Positions 17,881 to 21,379 of a DNA stretch of 21,379 bases are shown here, in pieces. Source of the stretch: a bacterium (lineage in GTDB: Bacteria; RBG-13-61-14; DATKZS01); contig JAWOBU010000008.1 in the NCBI GenBank assembly GCA_046484135.1, positions 1 through 21,379 on the forward strand. Reading direction: 5' to 3'. The translations under genes were made by a program, and so were the position numbers. A model generated the notes under the pieces. That model saw nothing but the letters and a program-made list of their open reading frames with translations, was not told the origin of the DNA and made no database searches. Each line of letters opens with the position of its first letter. Positions within the stretch are counted from its first letter, which is position 1.

Positions 17881-17975
17881 TCCTCTAAATAATATCTTAT
17901 GTGAGCAAGATAAAAAAGTCCTGGTTTCTCTTGCCACTTAGCCTATTCTCAAGCCGGGAAATACCCGCCAAGTAC

Positions 17976-18004
17976 TTGAAAAACCCGAGACGTGATTGTA
18001 ACCT
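17976..18004 (+). promoter_or_regulatory. Putative sigma70 promoter for ispD-ispF
   Basis: TTGAAA (17976-17981), 17 bp, TAACCT (17999-18004). ATG begins after a 6-nt gap. Confidence 0.6.
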
Positions 18005-18010
18005 GATACG

Positions 18011-18736
18011 ATGCCGGAGAGAACGAGCGCGATCATAGTGGCGGCGGGCACAGGGGAAAGGATGGCCTCCGGGGGCGTGCCCAAGCAGTACCTGGAGCTT
18101 TCCGGAGCGCCCCTGCTTTGTTGGAGCGCGCTCGCACTTTCCCGGTCCCGGCTGATATCCGAGCTTCTTGTGGTAAGCGCACCGGAATGGATGGACAAGG
18201 CCCGGGAGATCATGACAAAGCACTGCCCGGCTGTGTCCTGCCGGATGGTAGCAGGCGGAAATCATCGCCAGGAATCGGTGCGATGCGGTCTGGACGCGGC
18301 GCCGGAGGCGGAACTTGTACTTGTGCACGATGCGGCGCGGCCTTTTGTGAGCGCTGACCTAGCGGACCGGACCCTGCAAGCCGCCCGACAGGAGGGAGCG
18401 GCTACCGCATCCCTTCGTCCCGCGGACACCGTCAAGCTCCTGGACCCGGAAACCGGCAAAGACAGGAACCTGCCGCGGGAGAGACTGCGGATCATCCAGA
18501 CGCCGCAGTCCTTCCGGGCGGATATGCTGCGGCAGGCGCATGAGGCGGGTCAAAAGGACTCGTACCAGGCCACGGACGACACCGACCTGGTGGAAAGACT
18601 GGGGCACAAGACAGTCATGGTGGAAGGAAGCCCTTTTAACCTGAAGATAACCAATGCCGCGGACTGGGACCTGGCCCGGGCTTTGATCGCCTCCGGCCTG
18701 GTTCCCGCTTTCGGGGAGACCGGAGAAAAAAGCTGA
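18011..18736 (+). CDS. ispD: 2-C-methyl-D-erythritol 4-phosphate cytidylyltransferase
   Basis: IIVAAGTGERM, PKQYL, GGNHRQESV, VLVHDAARPF, QTPQ, TDD, NLKIT. Confidence 0.96.
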   Translation: MPERTSAIIVAAGTGERMASGGVPKQYLELSGAPLLCWSALALSRSRLISELLVVSAPEWMDKAREIMTKHCPAVSCRMVAGGNHRQESVRCGLDAAPEAELVLVHDAARPFVSADLADRTLQAARQEGAATASLRPADTVKLLDPETGKDRNLPRERLRIIQTPQSFRADMLRQAHEAGQKDSYQATDDTDLVERLGHKTVMVEGSPFNLKITNAADWDLARALIASGLVPAFGETGEKS

Positions 18737-19218
18737 TGACCGGCTTCCGCATAGGACAAGGGTTTGACGCCCACCGGCTGGTTCCGGACCGCAAGCTCAT
18801 CGTGGCGGGGGTGGAGGTCCCCTTTGAAAAAGGGCTTCTGGGGCACTCGGACGCGGACGTGGTCGCACATGCGGTAATGGACGCGGTCCTGGGCGCGCTT
18901 GCACATGGAGATATCGGCGAGCTTTTTCCTCCGGACGACCCCAAGTACAAGGACGCATGCAGCATGGACCTCGCCCGGCAGGTGGCCAAGCTCGCAAGCT
19001 CGAACGGATATGAAATCGCCCAGGTGGATGTAACGGTTATAGCCCAGGAGCCCCGGCTCAAGGAGTACGTACATGAAATGCGGAAGAACCTGGCCGAGTG
19101 TTTTTCCGCAGAGGTAGAGGACATCAGCGTAAAAGCGACCACCACCGACCGGATGGGATTCATCGGCAAAGGAGAAGGCATGGCCGCCTTGGCCCTGGCG
19201 GTTCTGAAAAAGAGATGA
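18736..19218 (+). CDS. ispF: 2-C-methyl-D-erythritol 2,4-cyclodiphosphate synthase
   Basis: RIGQGFDAH, GHSDADVVAHA, GDIG, SVKATT, GFIGKGEG. TGATG overlap with ispD. Confidence 0.97.
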   Translation: MTGFRIGQGFDAHRLVPDRKLIVAGVEVPFEKGLLGHSDADVVAHAVMDAVLGALAHGDIGELFPPDDPKYKDACSMDLARQVAKLASSNGYEIAQVDVTVIAQEPRLKEYVHEMRKNLAECFSAEVEDISVKATTTDRMGFIGKGEGMAALALAVLKKR

Positions 19219-19289
19219 TCCGCGCGTTTTGAACGCCGATCATATAAATAATCTGATGTAAGAGCATCTTGGAAAAAAACCGGCTAAAG

Positions 19290-19371
19290 GGTGGGAGAGA
19301 CCTCCAGGTCTCGACAAATCGCGAGCTGCCTGCCTGTGCCGGACACGGCAGACAGGGAGCTCGCTCCCACC
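19290..19371. repeat. REP-doublet (REPIN-like) inverted repeat with a nested 28-bp palindrome
   Basis: Left unit GTGGGAGAGACCTCCAGGTCTCGA (19291-19314), spacer CAAA, right unit TCGCGAGCTG[28 bp]GAGCTCGCTCCCAC (19319-19370). With 19329-19356 removed, the right unit's reverse complement is GTGGGAGCGAGCTCCAGCTCGCGA, 20/24 identical to the left. Confidence 0.8.
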
Positions 19372-19429
19372 GCCAGAATTAAAAAATTTGCAAGAGGCTC
19401 ATCAGGCAAAGATTAAAGGAGAGCTGTAA

Positions 19430-20887
19430 ATGGCGCTGGAAGTTTTTAATACGCTGGGAAGCCGGAAGATGGAGCTTGAACCTCTCGAGGCCGGCAGGAT
19501 AAAGATGTACGCGTGCGGTCCCACTGTTTATGATGAGGGCCACATAGGCCATGCCCGGGCCGCGGTGATCTTTGACGTTATCTTTCGATACCTTCGCTTC
19601 CGTGGTTTCGAGGTGGACTACGTGCGGAACTACACGGACGTTGACGACAAGATCATAAACCGGGCCAATGAAGAGGGGCTGGGTTTCGAGGAGGTCGCCG
19701 ACATCTACACCCGGCAGTACGATGAAGACGTGGGCAGGCTGGGACTCGAAGACCCGACCTGGAAGCCCAAGGTTTCCGAGCATATCCCTGATATTATCGC
19801 CATGGTGCAAACCCTGGTGGACAAGGGCTACGCCTACGAATCAGGCGGGAGCGTCTACTTCGAGGTGTCCAGGTTTCCGGGCTACGGCAAGCTTTCCGGC
19901 CGCGTCCGGGAGGACATGGAGAACATCGCCCGGGTCGAGCATGACCCGCACAAGAAAGACGAGCTTGACTTTGCCTTGTGGAAGAAAGCCAAGGAGGGCG
20001 AACCGTCCTGGGACTCGCCGTGGGGCAAGGGCAGGCCCGGCTGGCACATCGAGTGCTCGGTCATGAGCACCAAGTACCTGGGAAAAACCTTTGACATACA
20101 CGGCGGAGGCCGGGACCTGATATTCCCGCATCACGAGAACGAGATCGCCCAGTCCGAGGCCGCCAATGACGCGCCCATGGCCAACTACTGGGTCCATAAC
20201 GGACACGTAACCAAGGACGGGGTAAAGATTTCCAAGTCCCTCGGCAACTTCATCCCCATGAAGGAGCTCTTCCAGACCTATGACCCCGAAGCTGTCAAGT
20301 TCTTTCTGTTCAGCGTCCATTACCGGTCGCCCCTTGATTACACCGACTCCGAACTGCGGCAGGCGGAGCGGAACGTCGAGCGCTTTTACAACGCGCTGGC
20401 CCGGGCGGACGCCCTGCCGGCGGAGGACGCCGAACCGCCGGCGAAAGGGGCCTTGGCGGATGCCGTGAAAACGCTGGAGGAAAAGTTCGTAAGCGCCATG
20501 GACGACGACTTCAACACCGCAAGGGCCCTGGCCGCTTTCTTCGATTTCCTGCATCCTTTAAATCAGCATCTGGCGGACAAGAAAGCCGGGAAGAAAAAAG
20601 GTGGCAAAGCCCTTGCTCGGCGGGCGGCAGAGGAACTGCGCAGGATGGGAGCGGTGCTCGGCCTGTTCCAGCAGGACCCTTCCGAGTATCTGACCGCACT
20701 GCGAGACCTTCGGGCAAGGTTGAAAGACCTTGATCCGAAACAGATCGAAAACAGTATCAGCCAGAGGACCGAGGCCAGGAAGAACAAGGATTTTGAAAAA
20801 GCCGACCGCATCCGGGACGAACTGCAAACAAAAGGGGTGGTACTGGAGGACACCGCAGAAGGGACGGTGTGGAGAGTGGAGATGTGA
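19430..20887 (+). CDS. cysS: Cysteine--tRNA ligase
   Basis: YACGPTVY, HIGH, RNYTDVDDKII, DFALWK, GRPGWHIECS, HGGGRDLIFPHHENE, KISKS, DDFNT, ADRIRD. SD AAGGAG. Confidence 0.98.
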   Translation: MALEVFNTLGSRKMELEPLEAGRIKMYACGPTVYDEGHIGHARAAVIFDVIFRYLRFRGFEVDYVRNYTDVDDKIINRANEEGLGFEEVADIYTRQYDEDVGRLGLEDPTWKPKVSEHIPDIIAMVQTLVDKGYAYESGGSVYFEVSRFPGYGKLSGRVREDMENIARVEHDPHKKDELDFALWKKAKEGEPSWDSPWGKGRPGWHIECSVMSTKYLGKTFDIHGGGRDLIFPHHENEIAQSEAANDAPMANYWVHNGHVTKDGVKISKSLGNFIPMKELFQTYDPEAVKFFLFSVHYRSPLDYTDSELRQAERNVERFYNALARADALPAEDAEPPAKGALADAVKTLEEKFVSAMDDDFNTARALAAFFDFLHPLNQHLADKKAGKKKGGKALARRAAEELRRMGAVLGLFQQDPSEYLTALRDLRARLKDLDPKQIENSISQRTEARKNKDFEKADRIRDELQTKGVVLEDTAEGTVWRVEM

Positions 20888-20976
20888 AAAGAGGGGGGGC
20901 TCCGGAGGACCTTCGGTTGAAATCACTTATCAACCTGTTTGCACAATGGCGAAGTGGTATGCTTATCTCATAGAAT

Positions 20977-21005
20977 TTGACTTAAAGCCACAGTGGAATT
21001 AAAAT
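20977..21005 (+). promoter_or_regulatory. Near-consensus sigma70 promoter for the last gene
   Basis: TTGACT (20977-20982), 17 bp, TAAAAT (21000-21005): 5/6 and 5/6 to consensus. Confidence 0.7.
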
Positions 21006-21041
21006 CACGTGATCAATATTATCAAGCTCAAGGAGAGAGGC

Positions 21042-21379
21042 ATGAAAAAAGGAATTTTTGCGGTAACCATCACTATTTTTATGTGTCTTGCCTTTTTTTG
21101 CTGCAAGCAGGAAAAAAGCGAGTTCGCTGATGAAATTCTCGCCGCGGTTCGCAAGAACGCGGAGGCTATGAATTCCAAAGACCTGGAAGCTTACATGAGT
21201 ACCATTCATAAAGACTCGCCCGCTTACTCCGAAAGCCGGGAGAAAATCAAGAAGGCCTTCCAAGAATATGATCTTAGAACAGATATTAAAAGCCTTTCCG
21301 TGAAGGAGGCCTCGGGGGAGGAAGCCAAGGTGGAGTTCGTTCAGGTTACCCGCTCCGCGGGCGGCAAGAAGTACAATGA
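21042..21379 (+). CDS. Probable lipoprotein with NTF2/SnoaL-like domain; 3'-truncated, absent from the ORF track
   Basis: My translation: MKKGIFAVTITIFMCLAFFCCKQEKSEFADEILAAVRKNAEAMNSKDLEAYMSTIHKDSPAY...AKVEFVQVTRS..., open to the window end. AGGAG/GAGG SD upstream. Hydrophobic signal followed by Cys. AMNxxDLxAYMxxI fits NTF2-like N-terminal helices. Confidence 0.75.
   Translation, partial: MKKGIFAVTITIFMCLAFFCCKQEKSEFADEILAAVRKNAEAMNSKDLEAYMSTIHKDSPAYSESREKIKKAFQEYDLRTDIKSLSVKEASGEEAKVEFVQVTRSAGGKKYN

Noticed and set aside
17881..17937. N-terminal extension of thiD in the ORF track (and likewise 14511-14531 for the lipid kinase)
   Set aside because: The extensions run through AT-rich intergenic or promoter DNA, and family homology begins at the downstream ATG.
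19219..19429. T-box riboswitch or tRNA upstream of cysS
   Set aside because: No T-box antiterminator motif (GGTGG-ACC-CG), no U-tailed terminator and no cloverleaf with a TTC loop. The structure is better explained as a REP doublet.
20947..20963. Sigma54-like promoter TGGCGAAGTGGTATGCT
   Set aside because: The GG-to-GC spacing is one base too long for a -24/-12 promoter.
20982..21263. 93-aa minus-strand ORF from the track
   Set aside because: Antisense to the plus-strand gene at 21042, which has a promoter, SD and signal peptide.
1..21379. CRISPR array, transposase/integrase, prophage, rRNA/tRNA, frameshifted pseudogenes
   Set aside because: I saw no periodic repeats or matching motifs. 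All complete genes appear full-length with catalytic motifs intact, and intergenic gaps are short.

Overview
GC-rich bacterial chromosomal segment, probably from a deltaproteobacterial-type lineage (inference from gene content only). It is densely coding and mostly housekeeping or metabolic. Left part: an alpha-glucan/glycogen cluster (5'-truncated GH57 4-alpha-glucanotransferase, glgB, GH57/DUF3536 protein) interrupted by rsmD, a secreted PsbP/DcrB-like protein and a B12-binding radical SAM enzyme, and met head-on by a secreted, divergent GH31. Middle: NDUFA9-like SDR, DUF362 protein, mtnP, DAG-kinase-family lipid kinase, penicillin-acylase-family Ntn hydrolase and thiD. Right: ispD-ispF-cysS and a 3'-truncated probable lipoprotein missing from the ORF track. 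I found no rRNA, tRNA, CRISPR array, transposase or phage gene. The most striking non-coding signal lies between ispF and cysS: an inverted pair of 24-bp GTGG-type REP-like palindromes that differ only by compensatory stem changes, one carrying a second 28-bp palindrome inserted in its 2-nt loop. rsmD and ispD look leaderless. I cannot claim a clearly new multi-gene system. The best candidates are the nested palindromic element, the atypical secreted GH31 and the rsmD/PsbP-like/radical SAM unit.
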